In this document: piece by piece, positions 41,324 through 50,296 of the stretch
Layout: the number at the start of each line of letters is the position of its first letter
Position numbering within the stretch: position 1 is the stretch's first letter
NCBI GenBank assembly: GCA_965200155.1
Contig: CBDATR010000034.1
Span: 32,001 to 96,000 of the forward strand
DNA length: 64,000 bases
DNA from: Nitrosopumilaceae archaeon
GTDB taxonomy: Archaea > Thermoproteota > Nitrososphaeria > Nitrososphaerales > Nitrosopumilaceae
Direction: 5' to 3'
Made by a program: the position numbers and the translations under genes
Notes under the pieces: generated by a model
What the model was told of the DNA's origin: nothing
Databases searched by the model: none
Seen by the model: only the letters and a program-made list of their open reading frames with translations

Positions 41324-41482
41324 CTAATCGCCTCCGATCGAGGAGTCAGACAAGGCACACTCGCACTTGTCACGCTCGCCGCAATAGGGACATACGCACT
41401 GACATACCTCCAGTGGGTGTCCGCATTCTACACAAATGAGGAAACTCTCCTCGTCCTCCATGAAAGTGTTGGCATGGCACAT
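41324..41482 (-). CDS. small Cys-rich protein upstream of OFOR alpha (44-52 aa depending on start)
   Basis: Manual translation MEDEESFLICVECGHPLEVCQCVCPYCGERDKCECALSDSSIGGD*; the stop lies 3 nt before the OFOR start. Confidence 0.65.
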   Translation of the reverse strand: MCHANTFMEDEESFLICVECGHPLEVCQCVCPYCGERDKCECALSDSSIGGD

Positions 41483-41695
41483 CATTTAAAACGTTGTATT
41501 GTGAGAGTTTGTTGTATAACTGAATTTTGATCTAATTCAGGTTCCCGTGCCGCGATCCAGTGCTCCTGTGTTTGCCACTTTCACCCTCTCGTTGTACTCG
41601 GCTATCTTGTATGCTATCCCATTTTCACGATTGTATAGCGCCCACCACAAGTCTTTGCCGGGTATAGGACCGTACTTTTATAGAACCACTACTAG

Positions 41696-41796
41696 GTGTG
41701 AGTTCACCTGTGTCTAAATTTACGCATAACTGATGGAACAGGTTGTTCTAGTTAATGTGATTTGTGCATAAGATTCCGGAAGACGTGAACTCATAC
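41696..41796. mobile_element. MITE family A, 101-bp variant, no TSD
   Basis: GTGTGAGTTCAC...GTGAACTCATAC; flanks differ. Confidence 0.92.
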
Positions 41797-41811
41797 GAGT
41801 AGAATCGCCAG

Positions 41812-42410
41812 ATGATGGATGACATGATTCGGACCATCATTATACCGTTGAAAAATAATAGGGAGTTCTCCCGGCGCGCCAAGATATTTGGTCACACATC
41901 CGATTACGTGTATAACAGGGCGGTATCCGAGATCAGTCTTGGTAGCTACTACATACCCGGAACCACTCTTGAATTGAAGCATGATCCGGCCAAGATCAAG
42001 AATAGGAACGAGTCCGCCAAGTTACCATATGGTCTAAAGAAGGGTGATTATACTTGAATTGTATGAGTTCACCTGTGTCTAAATTTACGCATAACTGATG
42101 GAACAGGTTGTTCTAGTTAATGTGATTTGTGCATATGATTCTGGAAGACGTGAACTCATACCTTGAATTAGCTACCACGTTCTAGAACGGTTATCAAGGG
42201 ACGTTTTACCCGTCCAACAAGAATGGCTTGCTCCCGGAATTGACAAAGTGGCACCCTGATCTGGAGTGGGCGCGCGAGTTATCAGCTAACTATGACCGGG
42301 GTGTCATACCACAGGCGTCTATCGCGTGCAGGCGGGCGTACGAGGATCATTCTAATTACATACCACACCGGCGTGACTATAATAGAATAATACTGTCTTG
42401 TGTGAGTCCG
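41812..42410 (+). pseudogene. possible TnpB (IS200/IS605) N-terminal remnant
   Basis: IRTIIIPL...FGHTSDYVYNRAV and LTKW...EWARELS...RRAY resemble the TnpB N-terminal region. Interrupted by a MITE and truncated by IS481; no RuvC part present. Confidence 0.4.
42061..42161. mobile_element. MITE family A, 101-bp variant
   Basis: TIRs plus TSD CTTGAATT. Confidence 0.95.
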
Positions 42411-42411
42411 C

Positions 42412-42950
42412 TCAATAGTACGAAAAGTAAGTCCGCTCAGGATCCGGTGTACAGTAGCTGACTATTTCATTGCACAAGCCATATGGTAAAGAGAATAACA
42501 GAGGAATCAAGACAAAAGAGGCGTTGCCACAACCAACATAGCTCAAGACCTGAAACAAGACACGTACGAAGATTGTGAACCAGAGAACGGGGACGACTCG
42601 AGTAAAGATGGCAGGCCCATGATACCAATCACCGCCATCCAGATACGAATGGTGACTGAAGCATAAAGCAAGGATCCCGCCGGAGTAGTACATATTGCAA
42701 AGAGGCTTAGACATGATATATATCGCGCAGTATATCGCATAATGAAAAAGAACGGTACAGCAGGATCATCACCTGCAAAGTCAGAGTGAGTACGATATGA
42801 GCGTAAATATTCCAATGCAATGTGGCACTGGCATGCCATGAAAGATGAGCGCTTCAGGGGACTGAATCTCATAGATGATGCATCCAGGTGTATAGTCGGA
42901 GCGGCACTATTTGAGCATGCAACATGAGAACGCCGCCCTATTACTGAGAC
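42412..42950 (+). pseudogene. IS481-like left end plus truncated transposase
   Basis: Near-identical to the reverse complement of ~5503-6042; a second, inverted copy of the left end lies at ~43072-43114. Confidence 0.85.
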
Positions 42951-43069
42951 GTATGAGTTCACCTGTGTCTAAATGGAACGGGTCATTCTATAACTGATCG
43001 CGACAGTTAAAGAGTAACCGGTTCTTTTGTGCACAAGATTGGAACCGGTTCCAAGACGTGAACTCATAC
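42951..43069. mobile_element. MITE family A, 119-bp variant with three palindromic replacements, no TSD
   Basis: TIRs intact; 27 bp longer than the 92-bp form because of three replacements (+9, +10, +8). Confidence 0.9.
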
Positions 43070-43150
43070 AGCTGTACACCGGATCCTAAGCGGACTTACT
43101 TTTCGTACTATTGAAGAGTCGCTCAGCCAATACAATATACTAATACTTGG

Positions 43151-46100
43151 GTGGGAATCATCCCAGGAATAGTGGAAACTTTTGATCAAGCATTAGCAAG
43201 GCTACGTGCGGAGACCGATGATGAAAAGGATATCAGCCGCAAGGGCAGTAAAGTTAGCAAGACTGAACGCGGTGTCCGATTTGAGAAACTAATGCTACAC
43301 TACTTCAAGAATGACAGCATATACAAGAATGAGTTCAAGGAAGTAAAACTATTCCATGACTGGTATCGTGAACCGGACATTGGAATTGATCTGGTTGCCA
43401 GAGACAAGGATGACAAGTTAGTTGGCATTCAGTGCAAGTGCTGGAATGATGATTCCAGTATCCACGAGAATCAGATCTCAAACATGTTTGTCGTAAAGGA
43501 GAGCAAAAAGATGGACAGACTCATTCTTGTATTCACAGGGGCGCACGTAAGCAGGAATATTGTAAAACCGTTCGAAGAATCCGGTTACCCAATACTCATG
43601 AAGGCTGATCTCCGCCAGAGTGGGATTGACTGGAGTGGAATAGAGAGAGTAGTGAAACCAAAGACATTACAAGATCACCAGAAGGAAGCAGTTCAAAGAG
43701 TAGTCACCGGACTACAGGGTGCAGATCGTGGTCAGCTCATCATGGCATGTGGAACTGGCAAGACCATAACATCACTCCATATCGCAGAAACCATTCCAGG
43801 GAAAGATGGTCTTGTTCTATACTTGGTACCGTCAATATCACTGATACCGCAGGCGATGAGAGAGTGGGCAGATAACCGTTCCATAGAACATCAGTACATG
43901 GCAGTGTGCTCTGACAAGTCGTCCGGTACAGATGAGGCAGGTTCCATCACTGAGTGTCCCATACAACCATCCACAGATGTGGAAACGATAAAGGAGCAAC
44001 TACATTCTATGGAGAACCGAAAAGGTATGCATGTCATATTTTCCACGTATAATTCAGTGGAGCGTGTGGGAAAAGCCATACGGGACAGAAATGATATATT
44101 TGATCTAATTCTATTCGATGAGGCCCACCGCACCACTGGCGCCGAGAAAATCAAGGAATCCTATTACTTGACTGCACACAAGAATAGCGAGGTTCCAGCC
44201 AAGAAGCGACTCTACATGACTGCCACCCCACGTGTATATACAGGAAAGGGTAGAAAGGATGCCACGGATCAAGGACTGGAAGTATACTCCATGGATAATG
44301 AGAAATATGGCGATGTACTATATGACTTACCATTCTCAAAAGCGGTCGATATTGGACTACTCACACCTTTCAAAATAATACTACCAGAGGTTGATGAGAC
44401 TGATGCGTATGGTGAAATCATCAAGGCTGCAAGGGAACATGGTGATGATCTCAAGGATTACGAGGATATGGACATAGACTACATGTCAAAAGTGAACAGT
44501 ATCTGTAAGGCGATCACATATGATGGTGATAGTAATGAATTCCGGCCCTTACAACGGGTGATGGTATTCTTCAACACCATAAAAGCGTCAAAGTTGTTCT
44601 CCAATCATGGCAGGAACATGGACAAGGCAAAGAAACAACTCAAGCTTGATAAAATCACAAAGGAAACATTAAGCTTTGATAATTTAAGCGAGAGACTACT
44701 AAAGACTGATCCCGATCTGGACGGTTACAAGACTGTAACGAGGCATGTTGATGGCTCTACCAACTCACTGGACAGGGGAGCGCGGATAGACTGGTTACGA
44801 AATAGTGATAGTGATCCAAAGGAGATTCGTATACTCAGTAATGCCAGGTGCTTGCAGGAGGGCGTGGACGTTCCAGCCTTGGATGCTGTTGTATTCATGG
44901 AGCCCAAGAACTCACCCATCGACATAATACAAAGTATTGGTAGAGTAATGCGAAAATCAGAGGGAAAGAAAACAGGTTACGTTATAGTCCCCATCCCAGT
45001 CTTGAAGGGTGATGATCCACATCATGTGTTGAAAAGGAACACACGGTACGAGCAGATAAGCAAGATATTACGTGCGATCACAGCACATGATGATGGACTG
45101 CAAAAGCTACTGAATCAGTATATACTGTCCAAGTCAGGAAAGAGTGGTAAACATGAGCCACCGGATCCGTCAGAAATACCACCAAGACTGAATGACTGGA
45201 TTATTCGTACACTAGGGGCAGGACTCAGTGACAAGTTGTTAAAGGATGTACAGAATGTCATACTGAGTCTTGGCGATGCCAGTTACCACGCCAACATGGG
45301 CAAGCGACTAGGGGAGCAAGCCGTAATAATAGAGACCAAACTGAAACAGCGAATCAAAATTGAGCCGGAAACTGCGCCCATCATTGAACAATTACACGAG
45401 AACCTGAAACATATAGTCGGATTCACGTTGACATATGAGCAGACCATTCGTGCATTATCACAGCACGCTGTAATGTCCAGAGTATTCAATGTAATGTTCC
45501 CCAAGAATGCTAACCCGGTGGCATCAGCATTCGATAATACCATGCAACGATTAAACATACAGGGACAACTAGAACAGTTCGAGGCATTCTATACTGGTAT
45601 ACAGGCGGACATTGAACTATTCAAGGAGCCGGATGCCAAGCAGGATTTCCTGCGCGCCATATATGACGCATTCTTCATTGGCTCGGATAAAAAGTCCGCG
45701 GACAAACATGGAATCGTACACACACCAGTTGAAATCGTTAACTTCATACTGGAATCAGTTAGACATGTACTAGAATCGGAGTTCGGAAAGACATTCAATG
45801 ATAGAGCAGTAAAGGTGCTGGACCCGTTCACCGGTACCGGGATATTCCTTGCCCAGTTAATAGAGCGAGGAATGATCAGTGATGATGCACTACCTGACAA
45901 GTACCAGAATGATATTTACGCGAATGAAATAATGTTGCCGGCATTCTATGTTGCCATGTCCAATATTGAGGCATCATATCAGAAAATGATGGGTGAATAC
46001 ACACCATTTGGCGGGATATCATACCTGGATACATTCACACAGCACCCCTCATACAGGCTGGATGCCGAACAGCGTAAGGAGCAGATCAAGATTACAGATG

Positions 46101-47344
46101 ATTCCCTGGAGGAAGCCATGACTAGGGTGAAACGGCAGAACATGGATTACGTCAATGTCATAGTGGGGAATCCGCCATATAGTGGCGGTCAGAAGACGGC
46201 CAATGAGGATAACAAGAATGTCTCGCATCCGTATCTGGGAGATAGTGTGTCAAAGACATACATCAAAAACGCGCCCAAAGGGAACACTAGAGGGTTATAC
46301 AACTCCTACATCAAGGCCCTCCGCTGGGTATCAGAAAGAATAGGTGATTCCGGAGTTATCGGTTTAATCACACCATCCGCATATATCACTGGGAATAGTG
46401 AAGCTGGTATACGCGCCTGTCTTGGAATGGAGTTCACGGATGTCTACTGTTTCAATTTACGAGGTGATGTAAAGGGTAAACAGGATTGGAGACGAGAGGG
46501 CGGCAAGATATTTGGGAGTGGCTCAACTGTGGGCACCGCTATAACCATACTAGTCAAGAACCCGGCCAAACAATCTTGCACCATCCACTACCACGACATT
46601 GGTGATTATCTGGACAGAGATAAGAAACTAGAAAAGATAAAAGAATACGGCTCCATCGCCGGAATACAAGACTGGCAAATTATAACACCAGACCGTTATC
46701 ATGACTGGTTGGAACAGCGTGGTGATACCAGTGAACGATGGGATTCCATGACTTCAATGGGAAGTAAAGAGGGAAAACGTGGTAAGACCAATGATGTAAT
46801 GTTTGAGATGTATTCCCGGGGGATCGTTTCATCCAGAGATCCATGGGCATATAACTCACACATTGAAAAATTGGGAAATAATATGAAGCGACACATCAAC
46901 TATTGTAATAAACAGGACTTGGATAATTTTTTGGTTGATCCAAAACAGGCGAAAAAGAATAGCTCCATGATAGAACGTATGAAAAAGTTGGGCAGAAAGG
47001 TGGACTTTGATAAGAATAAAATACGTACAGCATTGTATAGACCATTTTTCAAGCAGTACCTATACTCTGATCCAATATTCATTGAGGCTGATTACCACAT
47101 CCCATCATTCTACCCACACCCCGACTCAAAGAATCATTCTATTATGGTGCCGGACAAGATCAAGGACGAGTTCTCTACGTTCATCACGGATATCACGCCT
47201 GACCTTCACATCCACGAGGCATCCCAATGCTTTCCCATGAGAGTCAAGAAACAAAAGGACAAGAATAGACATGTGGTAGGTAGCCAGTCAGCCAGTCAGC
47301 CAGTCAGCCAGTCAGCCAGTCAGCCATCGAGAACCTGGCGATAA
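43151..47344 (+). CDS. Type ISP (LlaGI/LlaBIII-like) restriction-modification enzyme: Mrr-like nuclease, SF2 helicase, N6-adenine MTase and partial TRD; terminates just after an SSR
   Basis: DIGIDLV...IQCK nuclease, MACGTGKT, DEAHRT, EGVDVP, QSIGRVMRK, VLDPFTGTG, GNPPY, YRPF and SQCFP motifs. Confidence 0.93.
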   Translation: MGIIPGIVETFDQALARLRAETDDEKDISRKGSKVSKTERGVRFEKLMLHYFKNDSIYKNEFKEVKLFHDWYREPDIGIDLVARDKDDKLVGIQCKCWNDDSSIHENQISNMFVVKESKKMDRLILVFTGAHVSRNIVKPFEESGYPILMKADLRQSGIDWSGIERVVKPKTLQDHQKEAVQRVVTGLQGADRGQLIMACGTGKTITSLHIAETIPGKDGLVLYLVPSISLIPQAMREWADNRSIEHQYMAVCSDKSSGTDEAGSITECPIQPSTDVETIKEQLHSMENRKGMHVIFSTYNSVERVGKAIRDRNDIFDLILFDEAHRTTGAEKIKESYYLTAHKNSEVPAKKRLYMTATPRVYTGKGRKDATDQGLEVYSMDNEKYGDVLYDLPFSKAVDIGLLTPFKIILPEVDETDAYGEIIKAAREHGDDLKDYEDMDIDYMSKVNSICKAITYDGDSNEFRPLQRVMVFFNTIKASKLFSNHGRNMDKAKKQLKLDKITKETLSFDNLSERLLKTDPDLDGYKTVTRHVDGSTNSLDRGARIDWLRNSDSDPKEIRILSNARCLQEGVDVPALDAVVFMEPKNSPIDIIQSIGRVMRKSEGKKTGYVIVPIPVLKGDDPHHVLKRNTRYEQISKILRAITAHDDGLQKLLNQYILSKSGKSGKHEPPDPSEIPPRLNDWIIRTLGAGLSDKLLKDVQNVILSLGDASYHANMGKRLGEQAVIIETKLKQRIKIEPETAPIIEQLHENLKHIVGFTLTYEQTIRALSQHAVMSRVFNVMFPKNANPVASAFDNTMQRLNIQGQLEQFEAFYTGIQADIELFKEPDAKQDFLRAIYDAFFIGSDKKSADKHGIVHTPVEIVNFILESVRHVLESEFGKTFNDRAVKVLDPFTGTGIFLAQLIERGMISDDALPDKYQNDIYANEIMLPAFYVAMSNIEASYQKMMGEYTPFGGISYLDTFTQHPSYRLDAEQRKEQIKITDDSLEEAMTRVKRQNMDYVNVIVGNPPYSGGQKTANEDNKNVSHPYLGDSVSKTYIKNAPKGNTRGLYNSYIKALRWVSERIGDSGVIGLITPSAYITGNSEAGIRACLGMEFTDVYCFNLRGDVKGKQDWRREGGKIFGSGSTVGTAITILVKNPAKQSCTIHYHDIGDYLDRDKKLEKIKEYGSIAGIQDWQIITPDRYHDWLEQRGDTSERWDSMTSMGSKEGKRGKTNDVMFEMYSRGIVSSRDPWAYNSHIEKLGNNMKRHINYCNKQDLDNFLVDPKQAKKNSSMIERMKKLGRKVDFDKNKIRTALYRPFFKQYLYSDPIFIEADYHIPSFYPHPDSKNHSIMVPDKIKDEFSTFITDITPDLHIHEASQCFPMRVKKQKDKNRHVVGSQSASQPVSQSASQPSRTWR
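47282..47326 (+). repeat. simple sequence repeat (AGCCAGTC)x5 + AGCCA inside the Type ISP gene
   Basis: Perfect 8-mer tandem repeat, equivalent to alternating CAGC/CAGT. Confidence 0.97.
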
Positions 47345-47465
47345 TAGTTCCCTACAAGATCAAGGGCGAATTCTCAGTATTCATAACCAATGCACCACCG
47401 GATCTACAAGTGATAACCAACGGGCAGGTATTCCCCATGTTCACACAGTCACCGGAGGTGACGAG

Positions 47466-48134
47466 ATGAAGGACAACATCACTGACTACTCCCTGGAACT
47501 ATACCAGAAACGATATAATGATGACTCCATAACTAAAGAGGACATCTTCTACTATACCTATGGCATCCTACATCATAATGGTTATCGTTCCAAGTATCAA
47601 GTATTCCTAGTTAGAGGATTGCCGAATATTCCTATGGCGCCCGATTTCCACTCATTCATGAAAGCAGGTAGACAGCTAGCTGACTTGCATCTCAATTATG
47701 AGACCGGCCCCCGTTACAACCTGGGCGAGCCGCTGGTTCCAATACCTGACGCTCCCGAAAAAATAGCCTTTGGTAAGAAACCTAATGACGGTCCCGGACC
47801 AAAGGGAATAGTTGATCAATCCAAACTACTACTGGATAACGTGTTAGTATACGATAACATACCAACAATCCATTACTCAGTCAATGGTAGAACGCCTGTA
47901 GGATGGTTCGTTGACAGATACAAGTATCGTTCCAATGCAGAGAGTGGCATCACGAATTATCCACTAGAGGGTGTGAATGGTGACATGGTACGCGCCATAA
48001 TAGAGCGGTTGGTCTATGTGGGAATAGCGTCAGACAGGATCATAGACCAACTACCAGAACAGTTCGAAATGGAATCATCATTGCAACCAGAACCAACCGG
48101 CCTGGATAAGTACTACAAGGCGCCTATTCCCTAG
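47466..48134 (+). CDS. Type ISP C-terminal specificity-region fragment (separate ORF in the current phase)
   Basis: DNITD...ITKEDIFYYTYGILH...YR...L...LPNIP...G..LA.LHLNYE and Y.VNGRTP..W are typical of the Type ISP C-terminus. Confidence 0.88.
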   Translation: MKDNITDYSLELYQKRYNDDSITKEDIFYYTYGILHHNGYRSKYQVFLVRGLPNIPMAPDFHSFMKAGRQLADLHLNYETGPRYNLGEPLVPIPDAPEKIAFGKKPNDGPGPKGIVDQSKLLLDNVLVYDNIPTIHYSVNGRTPVGWFVDRYKYRSNAESGITNYPLEGVNGDMVRAIIERLVYVGIASDRIIDQLPEQFEMESSLQPEPTGLDKYYKAPIP

Positions 48135-48364
48135 AATATTTGTCTAGCGTATATGGGGCGCTGTTAAGAAGTCAGTACATAGAGAATAGTGTTAACATGA
48201 GTTGGAATGATCAGTCTTTTGAAGCGTTCCGTATTATAGTAAGGCACTTGAAAATTTAACTCACTAGGTAACCGGCATAAGGAGTCGCGGCATTCTGGAT
48301 AGTCATAAGGAGCAGTGACAGTGGGGCGGGGCGTCATAAGGAGCATGGCGGATATGTGATCAAT

Positions 48365-48456
48365 GTGTGAGTTCACCTGTGTCTAAATTTACGCATAACT
48401 GATCGCGACAGTTAATGTGATTTGTGCATAAGATTCCGGAAGACGTGAACTCATAC
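48365..48456. mobile_element. MITE family A, 92 bp
   Basis: TIRs plus TSD TGATCAAT. Confidence 0.95.
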
Positions 48457-48547
48457 TGATCAATAGTAAGCCCAGGGGCGTATGACATATGGATATCATC
48501 ATAAGAGCAGGTAGTACTAATATAGCATATAATATCAGATATGTAGT

Positions 48548-48787
48548 ATGGGCAGGCAGAAGTTACCGTTCAGGCGGTCAAATGAGTATAAGGAGTGTAT
48601 TGCACTGAGATGTACTAAGTGGCAAAGACAGCGACTGGATGACATGCGCCAGATATGTAACATGTCCATAAGCGAATATCTCAGGTTTCTTATAGAGTCA
48701 ATAGAAGTGCAGGTAACTAAGGAGGTTAAAGAACCGCCCAAAAAGGAATCAAGACCACGCATGACAAGGAATGGCCATTTTATCTAA
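48548..48787 (+). CDS. small basic ribbon-helix-helix-like (CopG/MobC-like) protein
   Basis: IALRCT...QRLDD...MSISEYLRFLI strand-helix-helix pattern. Confidence 0.55.
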   Translation: MGRQKLPFRRSNEYKECIALRCTKWQRQRLDDMRQICNMSISEYLRFLIESIEVQVTKEVKEPPKKESRPRMTRNGHFI

Positions 48788-49291
48788 GATGTATAACAAA
48801 ATTGGTTCAATGGGAAGGATCTAGGTAATAGTAAGCACAAATTGCAAATTGGTATAAGCAGTAAAGAGGGGAATATACTAGGTGTATGTATGGATCGCGC
48901 TGGAAAAAAATTTCAACTCAGAAATCTATGTGCATAAGTTCATGTTAATCATTAGTTTATTTTGTGCATAAGTCCTTGCCCACAGGGTCAATTTGAATCA
49001 CATAGCTGTAATATTCGCGTTAAGCCGTCCAAGTTTGTATATAGAATTTTTCAGAAAATAAACCGATATGGTCTTTAACAGGTCAATAGTAGGTAGTATA
49101 ATGAAACAAGTTAGTCTGTGCTGCACGACATATGATACCCATTCCATGCTCGTGGCGCTGGCAAATAGTAGACCGTATGCGCAGAATCACTTCTCCCACC
49201 CTGCACGTCTAAACCAAGTTGTTAGATACGAGCAATTGACCTAATATCATGGGTTTTCCCACACAGACTCGTGTGAAACAGAAAAGTTAAG

Positions 49292-49383
49292 GTATGAGTT
49301 CACGTCTTCCGGAATCTTGTGCACAAATCACATTAACTGTCGCGATCAGTTGTGCGTAAATTTAGACACAGGTGAACTCATAC
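49292..49383. mobile_element. MITE family A, 92 bp
   Basis: TIRs plus TSD AAGTTAAG. Confidence 0.95.
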
Positions 49384-49413
49384 AAGTTAAGACCTAATTT
49401 TGTAGTACCAGGT

Positions 49414-50296
49414 ATGCTAAAAGCAGAAGAACTCACCAAGGAGCAGTTAGTCACAGAGTACTACCGGCTACGCACCGAGTCTGAGGCCGAAGTAACAAAC
49501 CTGCGTGGCAAAAATGACAGCCTGCACGCCAAACTTGAAGCTCAAACAAAGAATGCCCTCGTTTCAAATCTCGATGACATCATAGAACGCAAGGATCAGC
49601 TTCATTTCCTGACCGGATGCACCCCGGAAGAGTTCAAATGGATACTAACCAGATTCACAGAATACGTAGAGTCCCTGGAAGGCGATGATGCACGGCGATT
49701 CTTAGAACTTACAAATGAACGCGGGCACGTGAACAAATTTCCGGTCAGGCATGTACTCTTAGTTACACTGATACGCCTGCGCTGCAATACAAAGCAGGAG
49801 CTGCTGGCATCTATACTCAAGATAAACCAGTCAAACATATGCCGTTACATCCAGTTTACAAAGCAGGGACTGATCAAGATACTCCCAACGGCCGATACCG
49901 TTGCAAAAGCAATATCACAAATCAAGTCAACACCCGACTTTAAGGAAATTGTTCCCGGTCGAGCCGGAGTGGAGATAAAGACTGACGGGACACATGTACG
50001 CGTACAGCATCCTGAAAAAAATCAGGAGGCAATGTACACTGGTAAACAAAAAACCCACCCATACAACGTACAGATAACATCAAACAAGACTGATAATTCA
50101 CATCAGTGGAGTATATGAGGGAAAAAGACACGTATGAGTTCACCTATGTCTAAATTTATGCACAACTGATCGCGACAGTTAATGTGATTTATGCACAAGA
50201 TTCCGGAAGACGTGAACTCATACAAAGACACGATTATGGTATATTCAAGAATGATATTCCCCTCGGTGGCAAATGGGGCAAGTCCCTAAAAGAATC
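49414..50296 (+). pseudogene. IS5-family (ISL2/HARBI-like DDE_Tnp_4) transposase pseudogene
   Basis: FLTG...EF, LLVTLIRLR...LA...INQSNI HTH, DGT..RVQHP, YTGKQKTH and, after a frameshift and MITE, GKRHD; truncated by IS66. Confidence 0.8.
50132..50223. mobile_element. MITE family A, 92 bp
   Basis: TIRs plus TSD AAAGACAC. Confidence 0.95.

Noticed and set aside
41696-42161. Near-identical ~100-bp repeats close together as a CRISPR array
   Set aside because: They have TIRs and 8-bp TSDs, irregular spacing and both orientations, and no cas genes are present; they are MITEs.
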